A DNA stretch of 64,000 nucleotides from Octopus sinensis (Eukaryota), in assembly GCF_006345805.1 (NCBI RefSeq), contig NC_043003.1:74772001-74836000 (forward strand), read 5' to 3'. This document shows positions 27,857 to 39,495 of the stretch, one piece after another. The notes under the pieces were generated by a model that worked only from the letters and a program-made list of their open reading frames with translations, ran no database searches and had not been told where the DNA came from. Numbering within the stretch: position 1 is the first letter of the stretch; the number at the start of each line of letters is the position of its first letter. The position numbers were made by a program, and so were the translations under genes.

Positions 27857-28310
27857 TATTATATATATACAATAATATATATAAATATATACATAATTAC
27901 ACATATATATACACACATATATATATACACACATATATATATACACACATAAATGTAAACACACACACATATTTATATATAATATTATATATATATCTAT
28001 ATATATAGTACCAGCTAATTTCCACAGGAAATTTCGTTATACATTTTTTGCCGGTACAGATATTAATCAATATATACGTAACTTTATTTTTCTGTGTGCG
28101 TCTGTATTGCAAGTGGCAGACATTCCATAAGTTAGAAAATTAATATTCATTTGGTTCATTGATATAGGACATTATTTCCGGATCGAAGTTATAATCATAA
28201 GAACGGTAATTTTGGAGCCGGTAACTCCGAAAACTTAGCCCCATCCCTGAAATTATGGCCTCGTGCAAAAATTTGAAATAATCATTATCATCATCATCAT
28301 CATCCTCATG

Positions 28311-28445
28311 ACGTTGAGCAGCCAGAATGTTTAGTGAATTGGATAAAGTACTTAGCGGTATTTCTTCCATCTTTTGATACATCTCAGTTCAAATTTTACC
28401 GTTGTCGACTTTGCACTTCAACATTTCGGTGTCGATAAATTATAT
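28311..28445 (+). mobile_element. SINE family C fragment
   Basis: CAGAATGTTTAG...ACTTAGCGGTATTTC...AGTTCAAATTTTACCG..GTCGACTTTGC...TTTCGGTGTCGATAAATTA. Confidence 0.6.
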
Positions 28446-29250
28446 AATTTGATAGAAATGCTTTCTTCTTTAGATGTTTTCTATGATATATTTTCTATGA
28501 CAATGCTGGATTTTATTACAGTCTTTAATAGATACAGTGCTCTAATCACGCCTGTTAACATACCAGATAATTACAGCTCATTGATATCCAATTGGATGTT
28601 AATAATTTGCGGAAAGTTTCTGTACAAGTATTTAAGGAATGAATTACGGTAATAGCAGTGATTACAAATAATAAGTGTTATGATATATACTCATTTCAAA
28701 CGTATATATCCTTACTACTGCATGCCTACAAAATATGTAGGTATTTGGTTTAGTGTTTTGCTTGTGGAGAAATTTTAAAAAGGAACATGTCGTCCTTATC
28801 TTCTCAGTGATTCATAACGTCCTCGGATGCTCCAAGAACCAATTGTGTAGAAAATTGTTGTAAACCATCCAGTAATCTTCTCCCTTAACTTCGCACATTT
28901 TTCTCTCAAACTTGGTTTTGATATTTCTCAGACTATGGGATTCAGTGATATAGTTTCTAATACTCGAATGTCAAGTAATGATATTCTTATGGTAGTGGAT
29001 CTTCATGTCTCAAATTGTTTCAGTGGTGTGATTAGGACCTGTAGTGTAACAACATAATAATATGTAACTATTATACGTCATGACAGCCTATATGTCATGC
29101 TTAGAACATCTCTTATTGCTTAGTATACAACAGTTTCGCTAATATCCCATTGCGTACGCTTTACAAACACTCATGCCAATTTGTTTTACCGTTTTTGCGC
29201 TTTTTTACGCGCTTGCTAATAATACTATTAAGATTATGGTTATGATAGAA

Positions 29251-29600
29251 ATGATTGAAATAGAAAGGACGTGGACGCTTAAAGAAACAGCTGTTCCTGT
29301 TATTTTACGTGACCCAGGTATGATAAATAAGGGTTGGTAGAAACATATAAATAACATCACAGGAGAACCATGTCTCTGAAAAATCCAGAAGATTTTGTTG
29401 ATCAATTCTGTCCACATTCTTAGAAAAACCACGAAGATATTTCTCATCTGTCCAACTCTCCAACCTTTCCGTCATACTGCATCATCTCTTATCCTTCACG
29501 TATCCTAGGGCTCTGGTTTTTTTCTTGACAAGCGATTAAAACAAACATGCAGACTGAAAGTAATAAACAATAACAACAACAACAACAATAATAACAACAA
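29251..29600 (+). mobile_element. R4/Dong-like (RLE-clade) LINE, decayed 3' end
   Basis: Translates IEIERTWTLKETAVPVILRDPGMINKGW*KHINNITGEPCL*KIQKILLINSVHILRK, homologous to the C-termini at 45319-45513 and 54623-54865, followed by an (AAC/AAT)n tail. Confidence 0.7.
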
Positions 29601-32464
29601 ATGTTTTGATAGTAGTACGTGTAGTGGTGACAAAATAATAACAAAAATAACAATGATAATAATAATAACTATCATCATCATCATCACCATCATCACCATC
29701 ATTCTCATTATCCTCCTTATCCTCATCATCATCATGGTAACATTATTAGTATTGCAAATATCGATGCTGAGCATGGAAAAAGTAGTAAATATGAAATATT
29801 TAATATTTGCAATACATGAGAAAAATAAAACCAACGAACAGAAAATCAGCCAGCTGTCGATTTTATTGCATATTTTATCTTAGTCCCAAATATGCAAATA
29901 CAAACACATATGATGTATTGAAACATATAGACGAAGATACATTCACACACAAACTCTTATACATATCTATATAGACACCACCACACTAAAAAAGATACTC
30001 ACACACACACATATATATATATATATGAACACATATACGCGCGCACACATGTATTTATATATTTATACATAAACAAATATACATGTACATTCGCCCCTAG
30101 AATTATACGAACCAGACAGACTCATATGTGCTGCATGATTTCAGTCAGCCAATGATTTGCTTGAAACGTAGCGAGAATAAAGAGTCGTAAAATACGAGTT
30201 TAATAGCCTGGAAATTTAAATTTCTTTGTTATTGCAATTTATTTTATGCCAAGTTGTCTCAAATGGTATAGGTATTCGAGTCGGTTATGAAAGACTTTCA
30301 TTATCAACCGGTAAAATTGAAAAAAAAAAATCTCTAGGACTTTTTTCTAGGAAACAATTCTAAATGTGCAAGTATTGTGTTCTTTAATTCGTTTTTATTT
30401 CTTATTTTACACGTTATAAAATATTTTTCACTCGATATTCTCCCATATCATCATACCTGTTTAACTTTGAATAATATTGCCTCGGCGATACAAGCAGCCA
30501 TATTGAAACATATATTCTATTTGTTAATACTTTTAACATATATTTGTACACTGTCCTTTTGAGAAAAATAATTGCTTACAGAAAGTGTAACTATATGTGC
30601 GAGACCGTGTAGTCCTATAAATAGCAGTTTTCTACGATATTCTGCAATAAGATTTCAGTACCCATTTGAAGTATTTTCATGGCCTACACCTCCATGTCAT
30701 ACATACTATTTGTTGTACATCTAATACGTGTATAATTCTGTGTCCTATTCTGCAATCATCCGACAGCCAGTAATTGTTGGAGAAGCATTTGCAAATACAT
30801 GAAAACTTCTATTTCGATGTCCTTTATTTAAATAATAGCTCAATGTCCCTAAATGCACATGTTGTTCCATAGCATGTTGTATTCATGATCCCAAGCTAGA
30901 GGTCGTTGGTGCGCTAATCTTAGCGTTGAACTGACGTGATACAACATTATCATAATAATGGATATATATATTTAAGTTAAACATCGCAGTAGAGATGACG
31001 CAAACAATAGATCTAATGTTTTAGATTTCATAATTCTGAAAATTAGAACTAAGTTATCATATAGTTGTAACAAAAGTTAAAACGCGTTTGTTGTATGGCG
31101 AAGTCAATCAAACAAGAAATAGGAAGACAAGTTTGATACATAGACACACACGTGCACGTATACATGTATGCATAAACACTCACACAAACACACACACATA
31201 TATGATCCAAATTACTCAATTTCTCCTGTATTTCTTAATTTTTTGAAAATACATTAACATCAAAACACCGAAAACATATTACCTGAATGAGTGGAGCTGG
31301 TATATTTTGCTTCGTATTATAACGAAAGTCTGTAAATTATTGCACACCATAATAGAAAATAATACTACACATTAACGCCAGCATCCTTATTAGCTCTCTA
31401 ATAGTCTTAATCCACACAAGTATGTGATCTTTTGTCAAAGTTTACAAAAGTTGTGTGGCCTCCAAACTTTTTCGAATGTGAGCTGCAATGGCTATTAGGT
31501 TTGCAACATGAAATAAGCTGCTTTGTTTACCTAAAATTATCAATTGCGCCTCAGTTAGCGTAACAAAGCGATGGTCATGTTATAGCAAATCTGCTTCATT
31601 GCCATTTCAACGGCGCCTGACGCTGGACATTTGAGTGCTGGAATGTGCTTTCGCATTAATAAAATCTTATCTGCGAAAGAATATAAAATGCTTTCTCGAG
31701 AAAGAAATAAGCTTCAATCGAAGCAGTATTTATTAGATATGTTTTTGCATTTGTGGATTAGTTTTCCAAGACAATGCAGTTAATTTTACCCTATATACAC
31801 ATACCGATAAACGTGTTTGTACACGTATTGATACATTCCGTTCTCCCAGAGCATACACTGAATCATTATAACTTAATATCCAAGTGGCAACGAAAGCTTT
31901 AATACTGATATCACGATAAAATTTTAAATCAGTTGCTGACCTCTTGTGGTAGCTCCCGTCTGTTTCGACACATGAGTGTTTGAAGAAAAGCATTAGAAAA
32001 AAAAAACAAAGAACAAAGAAAACACATGTTTATATATACAAAATTGGTATCTATTTGCGCTGGATGAGTGAGTGTAATTCCAGTCCAGGTATGGGTTTTG
32101 CTATGAAGTCATAATGGAAAAAAACAATGATTTTTTATTTTATTTAGGCTGGGATTGAATGAATGTGTCTGTTGATTGCAGGATATATTCTCTTAGTGTT
32201 CTGTTTCTACAACTCAAATTGTTTAGATGCGTTATGACGCATTTTACGTCACTCAGGACAATCTAGGCCATACGTTACTCAACATATAAAATAAAGCTCT
32301 AGGTATTTTAGCTGTTGTTTCAGATTTTCCTCATACATGTCTACCTGACCTCGGAATCCCTCTCACAACAGGTATATATTTCATCCACCCAGAAAAGACG
32401 AAAGGTGACGTGAACCTTGGTGGAATTTGAACTCAGAACAGGAAGCCGGATAAAATGTGACTGA

Positions 32465-33337
32465 GGAGAATCAGACTTGTACTGAAGACTGAACGCAACT
32501 CTGAAAGTCACAACGAAGCCATTAATACCCCGGTACTTTCAGTAGTCCAGTACAGTTTCAACATCGTTAACTGGAATCCTATGGAAGTCCAGTGACTGGA
32601 CAAGTCAACTATTGACATCCAAGAATACACACCAATCTAAGTCTGACGTAGACTGTGCAAACACGAAGGCAGAAGAAACTCACACTCTATTGTCAAAGAA
32701 GACTATAAATTGGAAATGGAACACGGCATCAACTCTGAATCAGACGAGGATCCTTAAACTACTACTACCAAGTGATCAAAAAAATCAAGCAGACTGCAAA
32801 AAATAACGGGCAGAAACAAATTGAAATCTGCTTGAGCCAGCAGCCCCTATATTAACATTCTCCGAAACCAAAATGCTAAAATACGTCAAGCAACAACCCA
32901 TAAGCGATTGAGGAACTCAGGATTGAAAGCAGAAATGAAAGGCTACATACTGGCAGCACATGATCAAAGCTAGTTTACTAGAAATTGTCATGCTATCATT
33001 CTCCAAAACTATACTGGCACTATATACAGATTCTGTGACACATTTGACAAAACAATTGATCATCCCGTTTTGGGATGTCCTGTTCTGACACCAAGTGAGT
33101 ATTTACATTGGAAAATATATAAACACTACTTAATCGGAACCCCAAGTTACTGGTAAGAACATTATCCTGAGCGGTTGTTGAAGGTAAAAATGTCACTATC
33201 CTCTTGGATTTTCCAGTTCACACTGATAGAACCATCCAGGCTTATCGACCAGACATAACGCTTAAAGACAGGGAAGGAATTACTTGCAGACTAATAGATG
33301 TAAGTGTTCCCTCTGATAAAAATATATCTGTAAAGGA
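32465..33337 (+). mobile_element. R4/Dong-like LINE fragment (RT thumb, zinc knuckle, RLE), pseudogenised
   Basis: RIRLVLKTE...AINT..VVQYSFNIVNW; RNSGLKAEMKGYILAAHDQS; RFCDTFDKTIDHPVLGCPVL; VVEGKNVTILLDFPVHTDRTIQAYRPDI...CRLIDVSVPSDKNISVK (PD..D motif of the restriction-like endonuclease). Contains stops and frameshifts. Confidence 0.85.
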
Positions 33338-33786
33338 TATATATCTCTATATATAAAACTGAAATGCGTTTTACCGCTTGGATCGCTTTCAATGCCACTA
33401 CATCCCGTCCGATTCGCTCCAAAATTTACAGGGACATGTAGAATGAGGTGACGAAGCTCGTGGCCTACATTAGAAATCCTTATCTTAAAAGGTGTGGTTG
33501 CTAGGGGCCATCTTACTCACACACGCTATTCCCTCCAATACCCTCTCACTCCTCTTCATTTATAACTTTGAAAATTCCACTACCGTTAATTAAAGTATCT
33601 GTCACTCTCGCTATTTCCTCTCTTTTTCACTGACTCTGTTTCTTACCTTCCCATCACTTCGGCGGCGTTCTTTTAAGTATCTGTCTGTCACCAACAACAC
33701 ACGAGCATGAGAACAAATATTATGAATCAGATTTTCTTGTGTTCATTTATATGTGTGTGTGTTCTGTATATAAATATGTATATATA

Positions 33787-33825
<39 letters not shown>

Positions 33826-34123
33826 CTATATATAAATATGTATATATAATGTATGTGTGTGTGTGTGTGTTCTATATACAAATATGTATATATACAAAGT
33901 GTATATATCTGTATTTATGTATATTAAACTTTTTCATACTTTTTCATAGTTATATATATTTTTAAACACATTATAAATATAATTTAATAATTTTTATTTT
34001 CAATTTAAATAATTTAAATTTTTCAATTTTATATTTTATATATTTTCTATATCATATTTTTTTTTATGTTTTTGTTTTTGGTTTTTCACTTTTTGATTTG
34101 CCTATTAGTGGTTTTATCTCTAA

Positions 34124-35691
34124 CTAGCAGTATCGCCCGGCGTTGCTCGGGTTTTTAAGGGAAATAACTATTAAACATTTTTAGAGAGTTATAGCCAAAG
34201 AATAGCAAAAAATGCATTCAAAATGGAAAAAAAATAATGGTAATTTTTTTTTTAAATCGTTGACTCATCGTAGACATTTTTAGAGAGTTACTTCCCTTTA
34301 TTAAAAAAATATGCGTTAAAATGGAAAAAAAATAATGGTAATTTTTTTTTTAAATCGTTGACTCATCGTAGACATTTTTAGAGAGTTATAGCCAAAGAAT
34401 AGCAAAAAATGCATTCAAAATGGAAAAAAATAATGGTAATTTTTTTTTTAAATCGTTGACTCATCGTAGACATTTTTAGAGAGTTATAGCCAAAGAATAG
34501 CAAAAAATGCATTCAAAATGGAAAAAAATAATGGTAATTTTTTTTTTAAATCGTTGACTCATCGTAGACATTTTTAGAGAGTTATAGCCAAAGAATAGCA
34601 AAAAATGCATTCAAAATGGAAAAAAATAATGGTAATTTTTTTTTTAAATCGTTGACTCATCGTAGACATTTTTAGAGAGTTATAGCCAAAGAATAGCAAA
34701 AAATGCATTCAAAATGGAAAAAAATAATGGTAATTTTTTTTTTAAATCGTTGACTCATCGTAGACATTTTTAGAGAGTTATAGCCAAAGAATAGCAAAAA
34801 ATGCATTCAAAATGGAAAAAAATAATGGTAATTTTTTTTTTAAATCGTTGACTCATCGTAGACATTTTTAGAGAGTTACTTCCCTTTATTAAAAAAATAT
34901 GCGTTAAAATGGAAAAAAATAATGGTAATTTTTTTTTTAAATCGTTGACTCATCGTAGACATTTTTAGAGAGTTATAGCCAAAGAATAGCAAAAAATGCA
35001 TTCAAAATGGAAAAAAATAATGGTAATTTTTTTTTTAAATCGTTGACTCATCGTAGACATTTTTAGAGAGTTACTTCCCTTTATTAAAAAAATATGCGTT
35101 AAAATGGAAAAAAATAATGGTAATTTTTTTTTTAAATCGTTGACTCATCGTAGACATTTTTAGAGAGTTACTTCCCTTTATTAAAAAAATATGCGTTAAA
35201 ATGGAAAAAAATAATGGTAATTTTTTTTTTAAATCGTTGACTCATCGTAGACATTTTTAGAGAGTTACTTCCCTTTATTAAAAAAATATGCGTTAAAATG
35301 GAAAAAAATAATGGTAATTTTTTTTTTAAATCGTTGACTCATCGTAGACATTTTTAGAGAGTTACTTCCCTTTATTAAAAAAATATGCGTTAAAATGGAA
35401 AAAAATAATGGTAATTTTTTTTTTAAATCGTTGACTCATCGTAGACATTTTTAGAGAGTTATAGCCAAAGAATAGCAAAAAAATGCATTCAAAATGGAAA
35501 AAAATGATGGTAAATTATTTTTAAAATCGTAGACTCATCGTAGACGCGCGCTAATACCCAGAAGGGCTCGATATGAATCACGACTATAAGATACCCGGTT
35601 TTGGTTAAACTGCATTGCAAAATGTGGGAGTATTTAGGAATCTAAATCGGAGAGACAAACACTCACACAACTTCACTTTTATATATAAAGA
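34124..35691 (-). mobile_element. Non-autonomous Helitron nested in the opposite orientation
   Basis: Minus strand begins A|TCTTTATATATAAAAGTG (35691) and ends CCCGAGCAACGCCGGG-CGATACTG-CTAG|T (34124). TC...CTAG termini, subterminal hairpin, A|T insertion site. Confidence 0.85.
34176..35545. repeat. Tandem array of 14 units of about 97-98 bp in two variants
   Basis: Units start CATTTTTAGAGAGTTA at 34176, 34275, 34373, 34471, 34569, 34667, 34765, 34863, 34960, 35058, 35155, 35252, 35349 and 35446. Variant order is ABAAAAABABBBBA. Confidence 0.95.
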
Positions 35692-35767
35692 TTTAATTTA
35701 TACAGATATATATCTCATTTGTATACATTTGTATATATATAATGCGTGCACACACACATACACACAC

Positions 35768-35800
<33 letters not shown>

Positions 35801-36426
35801 ATGTGTGCATTACGTAGTCGGTCGATTCAGCTGAAAATGTGCACACCTATGTTAAAAGAGTTGGCAAGTTTGCATGACAACTATTTTTTTCCTCAAATGA
35901 AAGGCGTGACCTCTAGGACAACATTCCTAATCTTATAAAATGTGGCCCCAGTAGACCCGAATGAAATCGGGTTATATTAACCAAAATGTGAAAAGGGGTC
36001 TAAATGGGGCTGGAAGGGGATTAAAATTTCAAGGAGCGGGTGTTTAGGAATTCTCTGTTACATCAAGCTAAAAAAGTTGCGCCAGCCTTTTAATCGTCAA
36101 TGCGTTGCCGTCCATGATAAAGAAGTTTTGAATGCTTGCCATGGTGAGTCTACTGTCGTGAGAAAGAATCACTTCAAAACTTGGTGTTTACGAATTTTCT
36201 TTTACATCAAGTTCAAAATTTTACGCCAGCCGTTAAACTGTCAATACGTTGTGTGCGTCGTTAAGAAATGCCAGTCATGGTGACTCTACTATCCTCAGAT
36301 TCTATCCCTTCAAACTTTGGTTTCCAATATTTTATTATTTTATATATTTTCTATATCATATTTTTTTTTATGTTTTTGTTTTGGTTTTTCACTTTTTGAT
36401 TTGCCTATTAGTGGTTTTATCTCTAA

Positions 36427-36700
36427 CTAGCAGTATCGCCCGGCGTTGCTCGGGTTTTTAAGGGAAATAACTATTAAACATTTTTAGAGAGTTACTTCCC
36501 TTTATTAAAAAAATATGCGTTAAAATGGAAAAAAATGATGGTAAATTATTTTTAAAATCGTAGACTCATCGTAGACGCGCGCTAATACCCAGAAGGGCTC
36601 GATATGAATCACGACTATAAGATACCCGGTTTTGGTTAAACTGCATTGCAAAATGTGGGAGTATTTAGGAATCTAAATCGGAGAGACAAACACTCACACA
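36427..36700 (-). mobile_element. Second copy of the nested Helitron with a single repeat unit, 5' tip missing
   Basis: Near-identical to 34124-34190 plus 35480-35669. It lacks the terminal ~22 nt. Confidence 0.85.
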
Positions 36701-36953
36701 GTGACCGGGGTCTGGGAAGCCAGGAGGCTGCACCAGGCTCCAGTCTGATCTGGCAGTGTTTCTACAGGTGGATGACCTTCGTAACGCCAACCACTCTGTG
36801 AGTGTAGTGGGTACTTTTTTCGTGCCGCCGGCACAGGTGCCAGGGGAGCTCGCAGAGACAACGATCGTTTGGTGCTTTTTACGTGCCACCGGCACAGAAG
36901 CAAGTCAAGGCGACGCTGCAATCGGCCACGTTCGCATGGTGCTTTTTACGTGC
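36701..36953 (-). mobile_element. SINE-like retroposon fragment with internal subrepeats
   Basis: GC-rich, with three copies of GGT(G/A)CTTTTT(A/T)CGTGC. Minus strand GGTTGGCGTTACGAAGGTCATCCACCTGTAGAAAC resembles a widespread SINE body motif. Confidence 0.55.
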
Positions 36954-37194
36954 TGAAAGGAAGCAACAGAAAGTAACAACCACACTCTTACCCGCGCGTA
37001 GAGCGGGTCACCTTCAGCTAGTATATATATTATATATATTATATTATATAATATATATATATAATAATAAATCTCAGAGCGAGTTATAAACAGTAGCGGC
37101 AATACATCGTGACGTATATTTGCCATTTGAATATGGCTAACCCCTAAGGGTGGATGCTACTGTAGTTTGTAGCCCCAGGAAGACACCTCCTCCA

Positions 37195-37299
37195 GCTGGC
37201 TATAGACACACTTTCTGTGCCCTATCAGTATCTGTGAAGGGAGGGATGACTTCCCTTCACAGATACTGATAGGGCACAGAAAGTGTGTCTATAGCCAGC
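37195..37299. repeat. Perfect 48-bp inverted repeat with a 9-nt loop
   Basis: 37195-37242 is the exact reverse complement of 37252-37299. Confidence 0.95.
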
Positions 37300-37699
37300 A
37301 TATCGGAACGTACATTGTCACAGTGATTTCTTTCCTTTTCTCTTACATATTTTTTGTCTTCTTTATATTCATTTTTTTTTCTATTTCTTCTCTTATTCAT
37401 TTTCTTCCTTTCTTTCTCTACCTCTTTTTCTACCGTATGAGTTTGTAAATGAACAGTTTGGTGTGTTTGTTTTAATGGCCTGCTAATGTGTACAGTGAGT
37501 TTTTTGCTCCCATATGTCGGAAAGACACTCGGCAGGAGATGGAAACTAAATTGAAAGAGGATACTACTACTACTACTATACTACTACTACTACTACTACT
37601 ACTACTATCACTACTACACGACAATAATAATAATGTTAATGGTAATAATAATAAAAACAACATCAACAAGAGCACTCAGAGAGCGCAAAACTCCGTTAG

Positions 37700-39465
37700 T
37701 GTTCCTTTATTTTGCCACTATGGCCACAACACAGTGGGGACACTACATAGACAGACACAACACCACAGTGGGGACAAAAGCATAAAACAAATCAAAAAGA
37801 GTCATATAAAAATGAAAAATGAAATTGTTGCATGGTCCCCACTCTCGTGCAGTATCATTTGAATGTTTATATAAACTATTTACAATTGTTCTATTATCTT
37901 ATTGTCTTTTATCTCGTGTTTCCTCTTTTTTTTTTAAACAATACTATTTTACTTTTTTCTTTCTTTCTTCAATAAAACAATTTTACTTACATTTCCTTTT
38001 TAATATCTCATGAGAGGTTCTAAACCTTTTAGCTCCACTACAGGTGGCTATTCATCGAACTTCACCATCAATCTTGGCAGGTCAATCCCTTCTCCACACA
38101 TGTCTTTCCATCTGTTTTAGGTGTCCTTGTCAACCACGATGGCCTTCACATTCTCGGAATACATATCCGTGTGAACATTTACTCTTATAATATGTTTACA
38201 CTTTAATAATTTCTTTTCAGTTTCTTTTGCGTACGTCACAAAATTCCATTGAACATTTACTTTTCTTATTTCTTTTCTCTTTTCCTGCTCCGTTTCTGGT
38301 ACTTTTTTCTTTTCTTCCACCAATCCGAACTGTCTTTCCAGTTGCGTGTCTAAATTTTTTTCTTCTGCCGGAACAGCTGATATCTTCATCAATGTCTCTT
38401 TCTTTTACAACTTCTCCTTGAACACTTCAAGTTCCTTTTCTCTTATTTCATCCACCACAAGTTTGTCTTCCTTTCTCCTTCTCTCCTCCTTTTCCATCTC
38501 TTCTTTTTTTTTCTCCTGCTTATCTTTCTTTTTTTAAACACCGTGAACCCCTCCTCCGTTGCTTTCTCCTTTATCTCGACCTGTACCACCTGGTCCATGC
38601 TCTCCTGCTTCTCCGACTGCTATATCTGTTGTTCCCTCTGGGGGCAGCGCGCGATTAGGCGGCGTGCCCTCCACTACCTCTCTCAATTTACGTCATCGGG
38701 CAGCACTGCCTCTTCGAAAATTCTCTTTCGGTCTTCCACTGTTGCTTGAACTGTTAACTCTATTCCATATCCCCAGTAGTTAACACTTTGGGTCATTGTG
38801 GCCTTCAGTATTTTGGCCTCCACATTCATGTCATATATTATGGCTGTCATCAGTCATGCCTCTTTCAACTCTGGCGGCACTTTGCCATCTCGCACTCTGG
38901 CCACACTTTTGCCACAGTACGATGGCAAAAGTACCCAGTCGGACAATCTTATTGCTTCCATGGAGTGCTTAACTGCTTCCACTTCTGATGCAAAATCCAC
39001 CTCCAAGTACCGTACTTTCTTCCTCCTGTTATAAATGTGGTTAGTCATTTTATACTCTTCAAACATTCTTCAATATTCTCTATTGTCGCTATATCTATTT
39101 TCCTTGTTGCTATCTTCATTGTCTTATATATCACCGTTCTTTTCATTAATTTGGTTGCTAGTTCCCCGGGTGGCGTTAATTTCAGTGTGTTTTCGTCTCT
39201 TGACAGCAACCTCTTACATCCCTTCATATTTCGAGGTTCAACCTTTATTTCTCGTACCTCCAGCTTTTCCACGTCTATCCCTTTTCCAGTTGAAGATGCA
39301 TAACTGTGGCCACCTGCTGGCGTTTTCTCCATTTTCCCACAATGGGAAAACAGCAATTCAAAATAACACTAGCGGCAATTTGAGCAGTAACATTCGATGA
39401 AACAAATATTTAACACTATGACTGACGTCTAACATGACAAACAACAACTCATACCGCGTTCAGAC
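37700..39465 (-). mobile_element. Gag/ORF1-only retroelement, unit 1 (full length, decayed)
   Basis: Broken ORF: MEKTPAGGHSYASSTGK...KRTVIYKT...EVDFASEVEAVKHS..LLPSYCGKSVARVRDGKVPPE...YWGYGIELTVQ...K/E-rich...IIRVNV..VKAIVV...IDLPRLMVKFDE*PPVVELKGLEPLMRY*. About 300-nt 3' UTR ending in AATAAA (37706-37711). No RT motifs seen. Confidence 0.75.
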
Positions 39466-39495
39466 AACCCTCTGCAAAGGAACACCAACGTCGTG

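Larger units (their letters stand above)
33344..37021 (+). mobile_element. Composite non-autonomous Helitron (outer element)
   Basis: 5' A|TCTCTATATATAAAACTG at 33344. 3' hairpin ACCCGC-GCGTAGA-GCGGGT (36990-37008), 9 nt, then CTAG|T at 37018-37022. Pairing of the two ends as one element is inferred. Confidence 0.65.

Noticed and set aside
28780-29000. Coding-like minus-strand stretch (ERKMCEVKGEDYWMVYNNFLHNWFLEHP)
   Set aside because: No recognisable motif or convincing splice signals. Probably decayed transposon sequence.
34176-35545. CRISPR-like alternation of constant and variable segments
   Set aside because: Only two alternative 'spacers', a long AT-rich constant part, no cas genes, eukaryotic context, and the array lies inside Helitron termini.
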